NCBI GenBank assembly: GCA_041663045.1 | Contig: JBAZRH010000001.1 | Location: forward strand, 340,403 to 404,402 | Direction of reading: 5' to 3' | Length of the DNA stretch: 64,000 nucleotides | From: Minisyncoccota bacterium | GTDB lineage: Bacteria > Patescibacteriota > Minisyncoccia > Phycocordibacterales > GWA1-40-21 | Shown: positions 38,298 through 48,563 of the stretch, one piece after another | Numbering within the stretch: position 1 is the first letter of the stretch | Layout: each line of letters starts with the position of its first letter | Program-made: the position numbers and the translations under genes | Notes under the pieces: model-generated | What the model saw: the letters and a program-made list of their open reading frames with translations, nothing else | The model's database searches: none | What the model was told of the DNA's origin: nothing

Positions 38298-38681
38298 ATG
38301 CCTAATGGACATGGAGATAAAAAATACGGTCCGCATAAATATGCAGATCATGGTGGGACATCTGATTGCGAACACAAGTGTGGTTGCTGGATGGGACCAA
38401 GTCGTTCTGGCGGTCCGGTGGGGATAAACCCATTCGGACAATGCCCTGGCAACCCATTGGATGGTCAAAAACTCGGTGGGAAAGAGGACTACGAGTTGGT
38501 TGTAGATCAGCGCATTGCTGACTTGGAACAACGGGTCTGGAAAGCCGAAGAAGCCCTGAAGAAAGTCCGTCCAAGCAAGAAGAAGATTGTCGATGAACTT
38601 GAGCAAGCGAAGAAAAAACTCGCCGAAGCAAAAGAACTCATCGAAGATTGGCAGAAAAAGGCTGCCGAACTTGCCTGGTAA
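38298..38681 (+). CDS. Hypothetical protein with Cys/His-rich N-terminus and coiled coil
   Basis: AAGGGG RBS; H..CEHKCGC..C; terminator at ~38696-38733. Confidence 0.7.
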   Translation: MPNGHGDKKYGPHKYADHGGTSDCEHKCGCWMGPSRSGGPVGINPFGQCPGNPLDGQKLGGKEDYELVVDQRIADLEQRVWKAEEALKKVRPSKKKIVDELEQAKKKLAEAKELIEDWQKKAAELAW

Positions 38682-38808
38682 GACATCTTTCGACCAAGAT
38701 CGCTAGTGTTGTTTAAACACTAGCGATCTTTTATTACTCAAAAGGCGGTTTGCTTCGCAAAACGCCTTTTGAATTTATTTTTATTATTCGAATGATTCTT
38801 ATATTTAC

Positions 38809-41112
38809 CTACATTATCTCGCACACCCCGCCCGCGCAAGCGAGCTCTTTCTTTACATCTGTCTCGTCTATCTTTTCATAAGTAATAATTTTCGAATAGT
38901 CTATATGCTCAAAATTCTTAAGCATTTCTTTATATCTCTTTTCATCTATCTCCTCATAAGGAGCAAGCTGATACACATGATTATCTCGTGGTAAGAATGA
39001 AAGTCCGCCAATCATATCCCAATTCCTATAAAGCCACTGGGCAACTTCGATCCATTCTCCATCGCCGATAGAAATAGTTACCGATGGATTGTGTTCTGTA
39101 TAGTATGTCTTGACCATTTTCCAATGCTCTAGCTGTTGTATGGCTGTCTGATCATTTCTAAATGTAGATCCTTTCGGAGATTTCACCGGGAATTCAAATA
39201 CAAAAGTATCTGCTTTTTCTTTTGTCTGACCGACTTCTGGGAAATGCGTCACACCCTGATCACGAAGCATTTTGAAGAGTGAGTCTGTAGCCGAGATACG
39301 GACTCTGCGGATATAATATGGAGCATAGCGAGGGTGCATACCAGATGAGAAGTTGAATGTTTGCGAAGAATTCCCGTCTGGCTTTACACAAGTAGTAGCT
39401 GTCGATTCTGCAATACCGAATCTTTTTGCATACACTTTATTTACCTTTATCGATTCATTCTTCATCTTTTCAAGCATTTTTGGAGTCCTGACAAGCTCGC
39501 AATCCCATTGACCGGCAAGTCCAATACCGAGAAGTCTCTCCCTCTCACAATTTTCTTTCCATTCTTTTGAAAGATAGCCAAAATTCGTAAGAGAGGCTTG
39601 ATATGTACCGATAATCGTAGCTATTCTTATTTTCCTCAAAAGTGACGCTTCTGTATCGCCTTCTCTTGCAATAACATTTGTAAGGTTACAGAATTGTTTT
39701 GACTGCAAGATAATCTCTCCGCAAGGATTCGTACCGATAAGCCTCTTACCTGTCAGGTTTGTGCCGTCAAAAAGACCTTCCTCCTTCCAAACTTTTAATC
39801 TTCTAGCCGGAGTTGTTGTAGGTAAACCTCCGCGGTTGAATATTCCCCTCTCTCCAGAGCCTGATTTCATAAGGGCAATCCATTCATCGAGGAATTCCTC
39901 TTCTTTTGGCTTTTGTAAATATACAGCAGAATTGTTGGCGAGTGATCTTTGACCTTCTGTGAGATAAAATTGACCCTTTTTCGCATCGCGAATCTTTTCA
40001 TCATCCAAATCTGATAGTGATATCATCGCGCTTCTCCTGACACCTCCTGAGACGACGATCTGACCGATCATACACATAATATCGTGCGCATCGATATTTT
40101 CTAGACGCCTTCCTTGTCGATTCAAAAGCTTCCTCTTTGCGAAGATTAGAAGATTCTTCAATGGCTCAGGGCCAGATGATTTGCCACCCATGATCTTTAA
40201 CCTTGCTCCGGCAGGGCGAAGCTGTGAGAAATCGAATTCAATATCCATTCCGTCTGCCCAAGTGGTAAGACCGATTGTAAGTGCGTCACACCACCCTTCT
40301 TTGCTGTCTGGTATTACAAAAGTCGGAAGCTTTTTGCCTGTTTGGAATTTAATTTGAGGAAGTTGTTGAATATTTTGGCTTTCAGCAGACCAACCGCATC
40401 CAGTACCACACATAGAGATATACATGATCTCTGCAAAATCCTGCCACTTCGTTGGAGCGATGTATGAACAGTTGTATGCACAGACATTTGTCTTCTCGGC
40501 TGCCTGACCTGCAAACTGCAAAAGTCGCATCGAGGGCATCGCCTCTTGTTTCAAAATCGTTTGGCGAACTTCTTTGTATTCATCGTCTTTAAGTTTCTTG
40601 CCGAGATTCTTTTTCATGAAATCCATATATCGATCTACGGTCTCGATCCATGTCTCGCGTCTTTGCTCTGCAGGTATCCATCGAGCATATGTTCTGTAAT
40701 AGACAAACTCTCCAAGAGGATTGCTAAAATATTTCTTGCTATCTTCGGTAAGCTTTTTTACATGTGGAGGGACTTGAATTCCAACCTCTCTTAGCTTGTT
40801 CCTCTCTTGTCTATAGATAATATATTCCTTTGCGGACTTAACATATTCGCTTAAAATAAGCTCTCTTTCCACAATATCTTGAATACCTTCAATATCCGGC
40901 AGAAAATCCTTAAACTTTTTAGCGATTTTTACAAGTTCAGCCAAAACTTTGTTCGCGACGAGCTCTGCTTCTTCTATTGAACCTTCTCCGACAACAGTCA
41001 TCGCTTTATTTATTGCGATTGTTATCTTTGACAATTCAAAAGGCACAACTGAACCATCTCTTTTTTCTACGCTCTTGATTAGGTGAGCTCTCCCGCTTCC
41101 TGTTTTGACCAT
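38809..41112 (-). CDS. nrdJ: Class II (adenosylcobalamin-dependent) ribonucleotide reductase with ATP cone
   Basis: KRDG ATP cone, YNCSY, GGVRRSA, TNPCGEI, TCVKP, C-terminal CAGGVC. Confidence 0.93.
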   Translation of the reverse strand: MVKTGSGRAHLIKSVEKRDGSVVPFELSKITIAINKAMTVVGEGSIEEAELVANKVLAELVKIAKKFKDFLPDIEGIQDIVERELILSEYVKSAKEYIIYRQERNKLREVGIQVPPHVKKLTEDSKKYFSNPLGEFVYYRTYARWIPAEQRRETWIETVDRYMDFMKKNLGKKLKDDEYKEVRQTILKQEAMPSMRLLQFAGQAAEKTNVCAYNCSYIAPTKWQDFAEIMYISMCGTGCGWSAESQNIQQLPQIKFQTGKKLPTFVIPDSKEGWCDALTIGLTTWADGMDIEFDFSQLRPAGARLKIMGGKSSGPEPLKNLLIFAKRKLLNRQGRRLENIDAHDIMCMIGQIVVSGGVRRSAMISLSDLDDEKIRDAKKGQFYLTEGQRSLANNSAVYLQKPKEEEFLDEWIALMKSGSGERGIFNRGGLPTTTPARRLKVWKEEGLFDGTNLTGKRLIGTNPCGEIILQSKQFCNLTNVIAREGDTEASLLRKIRIATIIGTYQASLTNFGYLSKEWKENCERERLLGIGLAGQWDCELVRTPKMLEKMKNESIKVNKVYAKRFGIAESTATTCVKPDGNSSQTFNFSSGMHPRYAPYYIRRVRISATDSLFKMLRDQGVTHFPEVGQTKEKADTFVFEFPVKSPKGSTFRNDQTAIQQLEHWKMVKTYYTEHNPSVTISIGDGEWIEVAQWLYRNWDMIGGLSFLPRDNHVYQLAPYEEIDEKRYKEMLKNFEHIDYSKIITYEKIDETDVKKELACAGGVCEIM

Positions 41113-41495
41113 ACGATTTATAAAATTTTATCTAATTAATAATGTAGAGTAATTTTACACCAAAAACGAGCAAAGAAAATACAAAAACAACTTTTTTACG
41201 AAAAAGAAATCAAAAAAAAGACGGTGTAAAGCTCATCGTTGTAAGATGCCTATAAATCAAGTGATTTTCAAAAAATATTCTAGAGAAATAGCTGGGGCGT
41301 TTTTTATTTTTTGCATAAAAAATAAAAAACGCCCCTATCCACACCCCATTTCCCATTTACCCCGTTGGAAATCCACAATAAATCAAAAATAGATAATGGA
41401 GTATCACGAGTGATTTCAATATTATTTGTTTTCTTTGTTTATAAGATTTCCAATTGGGGCTTGTTCCCACCAGAACAGCATGAGTTGATTAGTCC

Positions 41496-42032
41496 CTATC
41501 TACTTATTTCCAAAATAGAAATTTTGTTTCCCACCATCAAACTATTTTTATCAGAAAAGCCTGACGGAAGCTCTAAGACATATTTGGCAAAATAATCTTG
41601 TCCAAAGGCCTTCGGATATGTACTAATAGCGACACTTTTTTCAATACCAATGACAGAAAAATCTGTATTGATCCACACAATATCTATCGGAAAATTCATA
41701 TCCTTCATCCAGAAACCGTAATTCCCCTCTTTTTCAAAAATAAAGAGCATTCCTGTGTCATCTGAAAGCAGATTTCTACCAGAAAGCCCGACTTCTCTTT
41801 TATAATCTGTATCAGAAACATCTACTTCTATTATTTTCCCTCCGATTTCGATTTGTGCCTTGTCGTATTTGATACACGGAGTGGTCGGCTTCTCTAATGT
41901 CGGATTTCCATGTCGCTCCCATTGTCCGTCTTTACAAATCCAAAGATCCTCATCGCCAGAAAAACCCCTGACTATTAATACAAGGATTAAAATGATTAGT
42001 ATCCAGATAAGAATCTTTAAAAAAGTTTTCAT
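41496..42032 (-). CDS. DUF192 protein with an N-terminal anchor and WIC..G.W..HG.P motif
   Basis: GMLFIF, FWMKDMNFPIDIVWI, YVLEL. Confidence 0.85.
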   Translation of the reverse strand: MKTFLKILIWILIILILVLIVRGFSGDEDLWICKDGQWERHGNPTLEKPTTPCIKYDKAQIEIGGKIIEVDVSDTDYKREVGLSGRNLLSDDTGMLFIFEKEGNYGFWMKDMNFPIDIVWINTDFSVIGIEKSVAISTYPKAFGQDYFAKYVLELPSGFSDKNSLMVGNKISILEISR

Positions 42033-42037
42033 AATGT

Positions 42038-42436
42038 CTATTCTGTAGTCACTCCATCAAACTCTGGTCCGTCGGCTTCTGCCTCCGCCTTCGTCGCACG
42101 CACGACGCCGTCTTTGTGATGCGCTGGTGAATAGATAGTATAAAGTTTCAAATCTTCTGTGGCTGAAATATTTATAATATTATGTTTCGCTCCCGCAGGG
42201 ACGACTATCGCAAAGCCGTCTGATAAAGCATATTCGTTGCCGTCGATAATACATCTGCCTTGCCCTTTCTCAATACGGAAAAATTGATCGTTGTCAGTGT
42301 GAGTTTCCATTCCAATCTCCTCTTTCGGTTTCAAGCTCATCAAGACGAGCTGGCTATGCTTGCCAGTGTAAAGTACTTTTCTGAAATTCTTATTCCCCAA
42401 GGTCTCCTTTTCAATATTTTTACAAAATCCTTTCAT
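42038..42436 (-). CDS. Cupin domain protein
   Basis: NFRKVLYTG..QLVLMSL..EIGMETH..DQF..VPAGAKHN..YSPAHH. Confidence 0.9.
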   Translation of the reverse strand: MKGFCKNIEKETLGNKNFRKVLYTGKHSQLVLMSLKPKEEIGMETHTDNDQFFRIEKGQGRCIIDGNEYALSDGFAIVVPAGAKHNIINISATEDLKLYTIYSPAHHKDGVVRATKAEAEADGPEFDGVTTE

Positions 42437-42440
42437 ATTT

Positions 42441-42896
42441 TTATTTATTAGCTAATAACTCTTCACGAATTTCCATCCAAATCTTACCTACCTCATTTCG
42501 CCCCTTACCATTTTCACCATCATCCCAAAAACCATCTCCGGGTGGATAAGTTACAATATGTTTTACAATTTTCTGATCATTTGTATTGAATAACGCCTTA
42601 CGCACTTCCTCGTGTTGGAGGGCTTTAAGTCTCATCAATTTCTTCATCACTTCTCTTTTATATTCTTCCTTCTTGAACTCTGGGATTTGAAGTTCTTTAT
42701 ATTTAGTAGAAACTTCCCATGCTTTTACCGGACTGTGAGTACTCTTAATCTCTTCTATGATATTTTTATCTGTGTATCTCATACACTGATAAGCATGTTC
42801 TACTGTTGGATACAAAATTCCACCAACTTCAATCGCATGAGAAGTATAAGGTGAAAAATATATATAAAATATTTCTAATGGCACAACCTTACTCAT
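42441..42896 (-). CDS. NADAR (YbiA-like) protein
   Basis: YPTVEHAYQ, DGFW..G.NEVGKIWMEIR; start moved out of tRNA-Ser. Confidence 0.88.
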   Translation of the reverse strand: MSKVVPLEIFYIYFSPYTSHAIEVGGILYPTVEHAYQCMRYTDKNIIEEIKSTHSPVKAWEVSTKYKELQIPEFKKEEYKREVMKKLMRLKALQHEEVRKALFNTNDQKIVKHIVTYPPGDGFWDDGENGKGRNEVGKIWMEIREELLANK

Positions 42897-42919
42897 ACTT
42901 TTTATTATAACACCTTCTG

Positions 42920-43004
42920 CGGAGACGGCGAGATTCGAACTCGCGGGAGCTTTCACCCCACTCGCTTTCCAAGCGAGCGCACTAGACCACTATGCGACGT
43001 CTCC
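42920..43004 (-). tRNA. tRNA-Ser(GGA)
   Basis: CTCGC-TTGGAAA-GCGAG anticodon arm, long variable arm, G73. Confidence 0.95.
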
Positions 43005-43076
43005 GTAGAAGCTATAATAAATGAAAAAAGACAAAATTGAAAGGGCGTCCGCCTCAGGCGGACGCCCTTTCAATTT

Positions 43077-43967
43077 TTATTCAATATTCATTCCTGTAAG
43101 TGCTTTCACTCTCGCTTCTACTGGTGGATGTGTGCTGAAAAGATTGGAGATTCTCCTGCCTGCCCCACCAAAAGGATTTGCGATAAAAAGGTGTGCTGTT
43201 GCAGAATTTGCCGTCTTCATCGGCGCACTGTAGGCAGATATTTTTTGCAAAGCTGAAGCAAGGCCTTCTGGATACCTTGTAAGAAGCGCTCCGGAAGCAT
43301 CGGCGAGGAATTCTCTTTTTCTTGAAATAGCGAGTTGAATAAGCTGGGCGATAACTGGTGAGAGAATTATAAAAATAATTCCGATAATCATGAGCACTCC
43401 TCCGCCTTTTCCACTGTCTCTATTCCCCCTACCCATACCTCCTCTCAGAAACATATTTGCAAGAAGTGAGATAAAGCCGACAAGCACCACCACGACAGTA
43501 GAAAGTAAAATATCTCTATTTCCAATATGCGAAAGCTCATGAGCTATCACTCCCTGAAGTTCAGACTTGTCCAAAATCTGCAAAAGCCCCGATGTCACCG
43601 CCACGGCAGAATGTTCTTTGTCTCTTCCTGTTGCAAAAGCATTTGGTGCACTATCATTTATAATATAAACTCTTGGCATCGGAAGCCCAGCTGTGATAGA
43701 AAGATTCTCGACTGTGTGATATAGCTCCGGATATTCTTCATGTGTCGCCGGTTTTGCTCCCGATACCGAAAGTGCAATCTTATCCGAATACCAATAACTC
43801 AAAACATTCATTACAATACTGAAAATAATCGCAAAATATAAAATTCCAGGATTATTATAGTAATAGCTTATAAAATACCCTATCGCCACAATAATCACCA
43901 AAAACACGGCCATCAAAAACCACGTCCTCGCGACATTTTTAGATTGTTGGGTGTAAAGGGTGGCCAT
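43077..43967 (-). CDS. htpX: Zinc metalloprotease HtpX
   Basis: PNAFATG, HELSH, SRKREFLAD, STHPP. Confidence 0.95.
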   Translation of the reverse strand: MATLYTQQSKNVARTWFLMAVFLVIIVAIGYFISYYYNNPGILYFAIIFSIVMNVLSYWYSDKIALSVSGAKPATHEEYPELYHTVENLSITAGLPMPRVYIINDSAPNAFATGRDKEHSAVAVTSGLLQILDKSELQGVIAHELSHIGNRDILLSTVVVVLVGFISLLANMFLRGGMGRGNRDSGKGGGVLMIIGIIFIILSPVIAQLIQLAISRKREFLADASGALLTRYPEGLASALQKISAYSAPMKTANSATAHLFIANPFGGAGRRISNLFSTHPPVEARVKALTGMNIE

Positions 43968-43980
43968 AATTATTGTATAG

Positions 43981-44133
43981 AACCCCAGAATAAATTTTAT
44001 TTATTAATTAGGGGCAAACCGCTTCGCCTATAAAAGGACGGCCTATTCGGCCACGCAGTTTGCGTTTCCAAAATAGATATTAATTCTATATTAACGCTAA
44101 ATAAGTAGCAAACGATAAAATTTATACGGGGTT
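43981..44133. repeat. Long imperfect palindromic element between lemA and htpX
   Basis: aacccc..ataaattttat / ataaaatttatacggggtt inverted repeats with internal hairpins. Confidence 0.55.
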
Positions 44134-44165
44134 TAAGAAAATATAGTCGCTTCGCTCGTTATTTT

Positions 44166-44726
44166 CTAAAATTTCACCTCTACCGGTTGCTTTGCGGCGG
44201 TGGCTTCTGCTTCATCTAGAGCAAATAGCTCCATCTTCACAAAGTGAAATAGTTTACCGATTAGATTGCTTGGGAAAGAATCTATCGCGATATTCAAGTC
44301 TCTGACATTGCCATTGTAGAACCTTCTTGCGGACTGGATTTTGTCTTCTGTATCTGTAAGTTCACTCTGAAGAGAAAGGAAGTTCTGATTGGCCTTTAGA
44401 TCTGGATATGCCTCGGCGACAGCAAAGACGCTTTTCAAAGCACTGGCAAGCATATTTTCTGCCTTCCCTTTGTCCACTATATTCTGTGCACCCATAGCTG
44501 CAGCTCTGGCTTTTGTAACATTGTCGAAAGTGGATGTCTCATGCGCAGCATAGCCCTTCACAGTATTTACAAGGTTTGGAATAAGATCGTATCTCCTTTT
44601 TAGCTGAACATCTATATCAGACCATGCTTCTTTGGCTCTGTTTATAAGAGTGATAAATTTGTTATAGGCAAAAATCGCCCAGACTATCAAAACTACTAAA
44701 ATACCAACTATTATATATCCTGTCAT
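44166..44726 (-). CDS. lemA: LemA family protein
   Basis: IDVQLKRRYDLIPNLV, EAYPDLKA, RRFYN. Confidence 0.95.
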   Translation of the reverse strand: MTGYIIVGILVVLIVWAIFAYNKFITLINRAKEAWSDIDVQLKRRYDLIPNLVNTVKGYAAHETSTFDNVTKARAAAMGAQNIVDKGKAENMLASALKSVFAVAEAYPDLKANQNFLSLQSELTDTEDKIQSARRFYNGNVRDLNIAIDSFPSNLIGKLFHFVKMELFALDEAEATAAKQPVEVKF

Positions 44727-44810
44727 ATTGTTTAGATTTAAATTAAAAGCAAAGGCAAAATACCTTGCTCCCTGCTATTATACCACAAAATGAAAAGGAA
44801 AGCATATTTT

Positions 44811-46352
44811 TTAATTAACAGAGGTAGTGTCGATTTGTTTTTTCTTTAATATTTTTACTACCCCATGATTAGCTAATACTTCTATAGTATCACCAGTTTT
44901 TATTATTCTTGTCGCATATTTAGCCCCAACTATGCATGGAATCTTTAATTCTCTACAAATTATAGCGGCGTGGCACGTAATTCCTCCTTCATCGGTTACA
45001 ATAGCAACAGCTTTATTCATTGCGGGGACGAAATCAGGTGTTGTCATACCAGTCACTAAAATTTGTCCGGCTTCAATCTTCAAAGCATCTTGTGAAGTCC
45101 TTGCCACAAAAGCATGCCCAGTAACCTTTCCAGGAGATGCTCCAAGTCCCTGCAAATCGCCCGTTGTTTGATCCATCGAGCCCATTATTTCTTCATATTT
45201 CTTTTTTGCATCCCCGCCACTAAGTTTAAGCCCTTTACCATTTTGGTAAATATAAATAAAATTCGATGATCTATTCTTCAATTCATTCCTATCAAACTTT
45301 TTCCCATTTAGAATATCAGACACTTCACTCGCTTCACACCATCCAAGAAGTTCTTCCTCTATGTTTATTTTTTTAGAAATCTCACTGAACACTTGATAAC
45401 TCCAATAATTCCCTTTCATCTGCACTTCTTTTCTTATGTCATGGTATTTGACTAATTTATTTGAGAGTTCTAGAAACTTTAATAGTTTCTTGTCTTTTTT
45501 TAGAAACGGGTATTCTTTGTTGATTTGATTTTTCTGATAAGAGGTTTTTTCTACATATTCATCCATCTTTTTCAGTTCAGTATTTGGATCTAATTTAATT
45601 TTTCTGAACCCATCATAAATCTTAATGATATCCTTGTCATCTCTACCTTTTGATTTTTTCCAACCAAGTTCTGCCCACCAGAACCTCTTCACTATTTCCC
45701 CAATACGCTTGTTAAATTTATCTGATTTTTCTGTGATTTTCTTTTCATCAACATCCTCCATAAGCTCAAGAATTAATCTTTTCTCGTCGTTTAAATAGGA
45801 AAGATATCCTGATATTGTCAAAATATTATATACTCTCAAAAATTCTTTCTCGCTATACGCTTTATTTAATTTGTCTTTTAGGGGTTTTTTAATTCTTTCT
45901 GTTACTTCAACCATCAAAAATTCATCGGTTCCATCAATTGTCATTGTTAAACTATACCAATCAAAAAGCATTTTTGAGTATTTCTCATAGACCTTCGCAA
46001 CACTTGAATTATTAATTATTCTAATTTCTGCAGAATTGTTCTTTTTAATAAAATCAAGAATTTCTTTTGTTTTCTTATCCAAAACTTTAAAGAATCTATT
46101 TTCAAAACTTTTGGAACTCAATAATTTATTGGCTACTATCTTTCCTTCTTTATACAAATCTTTCTTTTCATAATACCAATACAAAGTATCGCCACTAAAA
46201 TAAATGACTAGATAGTTAATTCCCCTGGAAAAATATTTTTTGACCCCGGTTACAAAAGCCCGAGAAGGTTCGGCACACTGAACAAATGTCGCTCCCCCTC
46301 TTATGTATTCTACTAGTTCAAAATCCTTCATATTTCCAATTGATTTTATCAT
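44811..46352 (-). CDS. PEP-utilizer phosphohistidine (swivel) domain with a large helical N-terminus
   Basis: GASPG, ILVTGMTTP, GGITCHAAIICRELKIPC. Confidence 0.8.
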   Translation of the reverse strand: MIKSIGNMKDFELVEYIRGGATFVQCAEPSRAFVTGVKKYFSRGINYLVIYFSGDTLYWYYEKKDLYKEGKIVANKLLSSKSFENRFFKVLDKKTKEILDFIKKNNSAEIRIINNSSVAKVYEKYSKMLFDWYSLTMTIDGTDEFLMVEVTERIKKPLKDKLNKAYSEKEFLRVYNILTISGYLSYLNDEKRLILELMEDVDEKKITEKSDKFNKRIGEIVKRFWWAELGWKKSKGRDDKDIIKIYDGFRKIKLDPNTELKKMDEYVEKTSYQKNQINKEYPFLKKDKKLLKFLELSNKLVKYHDIRKEVQMKGNYWSYQVFSEISKKINIEEELLGWCEASEVSDILNGKKFDRNELKNRSSNFIYIYQNGKGLKLSGGDAKKKYEEIMGSMDQTTGDLQGLGASPGKVTGHAFVARTSQDALKIEAGQILVTGMTTPDFVPAMNKAVAIVTDEGGITCHAAIICRELKIPCIVGAKYATRIIKTGDTIEVLANHGVVKILKKKQIDTTSVN

Positions 46353-46411
46353 AGGAGCAAACTAAATAAAAGATTTGCCTTTTTTATCGATTCTGCTATA
46401 ATGTCCCAGTA

Positions 46412-46648
46412 ATGACAGCTTTGATTTCAGCTTTACCTTATATACAAATCATCTTGGCGATATTAATCATCGCCCTTGTTTTGATGCAAAGATCAGAAGC
46501 TGGTGTCGGTGGCTCTTTCGGAGGTGGAGATAATTGGAATTCTGCACATCACACAAGAAGAGGTTTTGAAAAATTCTTGTTCAATGCAACAATAATCGTT
46601 GGTATTCTTTTTGCTATAGCCTCTCTTTCAGCGTTATTCCTCAGATAA
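46412..46648 (+). CDS. secG: Preprotein translocase SecG
   Basis: Two TMs, LMQ..GVGGSFGG, TRRGFEK. Confidence 0.9.
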   Translation: MTALISALPYIQIILAILIIALVLMQRSEAGVGGSFGGGDNWNSAHHTRRGFEKFLFNATIIVGILFAIASLSALFLR

Positions 46649-46736
46649 TCACGCACCATAAAAGAAGGTTTGTCTTCTCTCCTTCGTTTTGATATAATTT
46701 GGAAAATATTTGATACTAGTTATTTAATTCAGTTAA

Positions 46737-48491
46737 GTGAAAGAAAAAATAAAAAAAATCCTAAATAAAAAATGGGCTCTCCCAGGAGACAGTGTTGTTT
46801 CTAAAACGCTTCAGTCTTTTAGTATAGCTGAAAAGGTTTTCTTTTTTACATTGGTCACTATTTTTATAACATCTAGCCTCATAATACTCAAACAAGCTAA
46901 CGATGGTCTCACGATAGACGTTCCAGCAAATGGAGGATACTTAAAAGAAGGTATTGTAGGATCTCCGAGATTTGTAAATCCAGTACTTGCTGTATCAGAC
47001 GTAGATAAAGATCTCACAACCTTGGTATATTCTGGTCTTTTGAAAGCAGATCCAAATGATGGGCTAAGAACAGACCTTGCAAAAGGATATGAAGTTTCTA
47101 GCGATGGACTCGAGTACACATTTACTTTAAGAGATGACGTATATTTCCAAGATGGTATAAAAGTCACGGCTGATGATGTAGAGTTTACTATAAAGACAAT
47201 CCAGGACAGCTTGATAAAGAGTCCTAAGAGGCCAAATTTTTACGATATAAAGATAGAAAAGATTGCTGACAATCAGATAAAATTCACTCTCAAGAAACCA
47301 TACTCTCCTTTCTTAGAGAATCTTACTGTAGGTATCTTACCAAAACATCTTTGGGGTAACTTAGATGCTGATCAGTTCCCCCTTAGCCAATACAATGTAG
47401 AACCAGTAGGTTCTGGGCCATACAAGGTAAGTAAAATGCAGACATTGCAAAAAAATATGTTACTCGTGCCGACATATTATGAGTTTACACCTTTTAAGAA
47501 TTATGCTTTGGGTAAGCCTTTTATAGATAAACTCATAATAAATTTCTATAGAGATGAAAAATCTCTTATAGACGCATACAACAACGGCGATGTGGAAGCG
47601 ATAAATTCTGTTTCCCCTGACAAGATGACAAATATTAAAAGACAGACCAATGCAAATGTAGAGATTTCACCTCTCCCAAGAGTTTTTGCTGTCTTTTTCA
47701 ATCAAAATCAGTCGGAAGTGTTGTCAAATAAAGAGGTCCGTCAGGCTCTAAATATAACAGTAGACAGACAAAAGATTGTAGATGAGGTTTTAAATGGTTA
47801 TGGGCAAGCCCTCTTTGGTCCAATACCTAAGGGTCTTATAGACGGAGGTAATCAACCCGCAATCGGTGTGGATTTTGATACTGCTTCAAGTACGCTGGCT
47901 AAAGCAGGCTGGAAGAAAAATACCGAGACTGGGATTTTAGAGAAAAAGATAGATAAAAAGAAGACTCTCCAGCTTATAATTTCTATATCTACGCTTAATT
48001 CTCCAGATTTAGTGAAAGCATCAGAAATAATAAAAGAAGGCTGGGAAAAACTTGGAGCCAAAGTAGATATAAAACAATTTGAACTCGGTGATCTCCAGCA
48101 AAATATTATAAGGCCAAGAAAATTTGAAGCATTACTTTATGGTGAAGCGGTAGGTAGAGATATGGATTTCTTCGCTTTTTGGCATTCTTCTCAAAGAAAT
48201 GATCCTGGTATCAATGTAGCAATGTACACAAATAGCAAAGTAGACAGTCTTCTTGAAGAAGCTAGAAAAACTCTCGACCCAGAAGTACGAAACAAAGACT
48301 ATAAAACTTTCGAAGTAGAGATCTCGAAAGATATACCAGCGATATTTTTGTACTCCCCTGAATTTATATATATAGCCCCAGGAAAAGTAAAAGACAATTC
48401 GCTCGGACTTGTCACCTTGCCTTTTGAGAGATTTTTAAATATCAATAGTTGGTATATAGAAACAAATAAAATCTGGAAAATATTTGAGTAA
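46737..48491 (+). CDS. Family-5 (peptide/nickel) ABC substrate-binding protein
   Basis: YTFTLR..FQDG..TADDVEFT, PVGSGPY. Confidence 0.9.
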   Translation: MKEKIKKILNKKWALPGDSVVSKTLQSFSIAEKVFFFTLVTIFITSSLIILKQANDGLTIDVPANGGYLKEGIVGSPRFVNPVLAVSDVDKDLTTLVYSGLLKADPNDGLRTDLAKGYEVSSDGLEYTFTLRDDVYFQDGIKVTADDVEFTIKTIQDSLIKSPKRPNFYDIKIEKIADNQIKFTLKKPYSPFLENLTVGILPKHLWGNLDADQFPLSQYNVEPVGSGPYKVSKMQTLQKNMLLVPTYYEFTPFKNYALGKPFIDKLIINFYRDEKSLIDAYNNGDVEAINSVSPDKMTNIKRQTNANVEISPLPRVFAVFFNQNQSEVLSNKEVRQALNITVDRQKIVDEVLNGYGQALFGPIPKGLIDGGNQPAIGVDFDTASSTLAKAGWKKNTETGILEKKIDKKKTLQLIISISTLNSPDLVKASEIIKEGWEKLGAKVDIKQFELGDLQQNIIRPRKFEALLYGEAVGRDMDFFAFWHSSQRNDPGINVAMYTNSKVDSLLEEARKTLDPEVRNKDYKTFEVEISKDIPAIFLYSPEFIYIAPGKVKDNSLGLVTLPFERFLNINSWYIETNKIWKIFE

Positions 48492-48563
48492 AAAGACGAA
48501 AAATCTTCCCAAATTAAAGACTCCATTTTTATAAAATTATTATTTATTATTAGCTAATTTAAC

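Noticed and set aside
44010-44075. c-di-GMP-I riboswitch suggested by GGGCAAACC
   Set aside because: The rest of the motif is absent and it is on the strand opposite the flanking genes.
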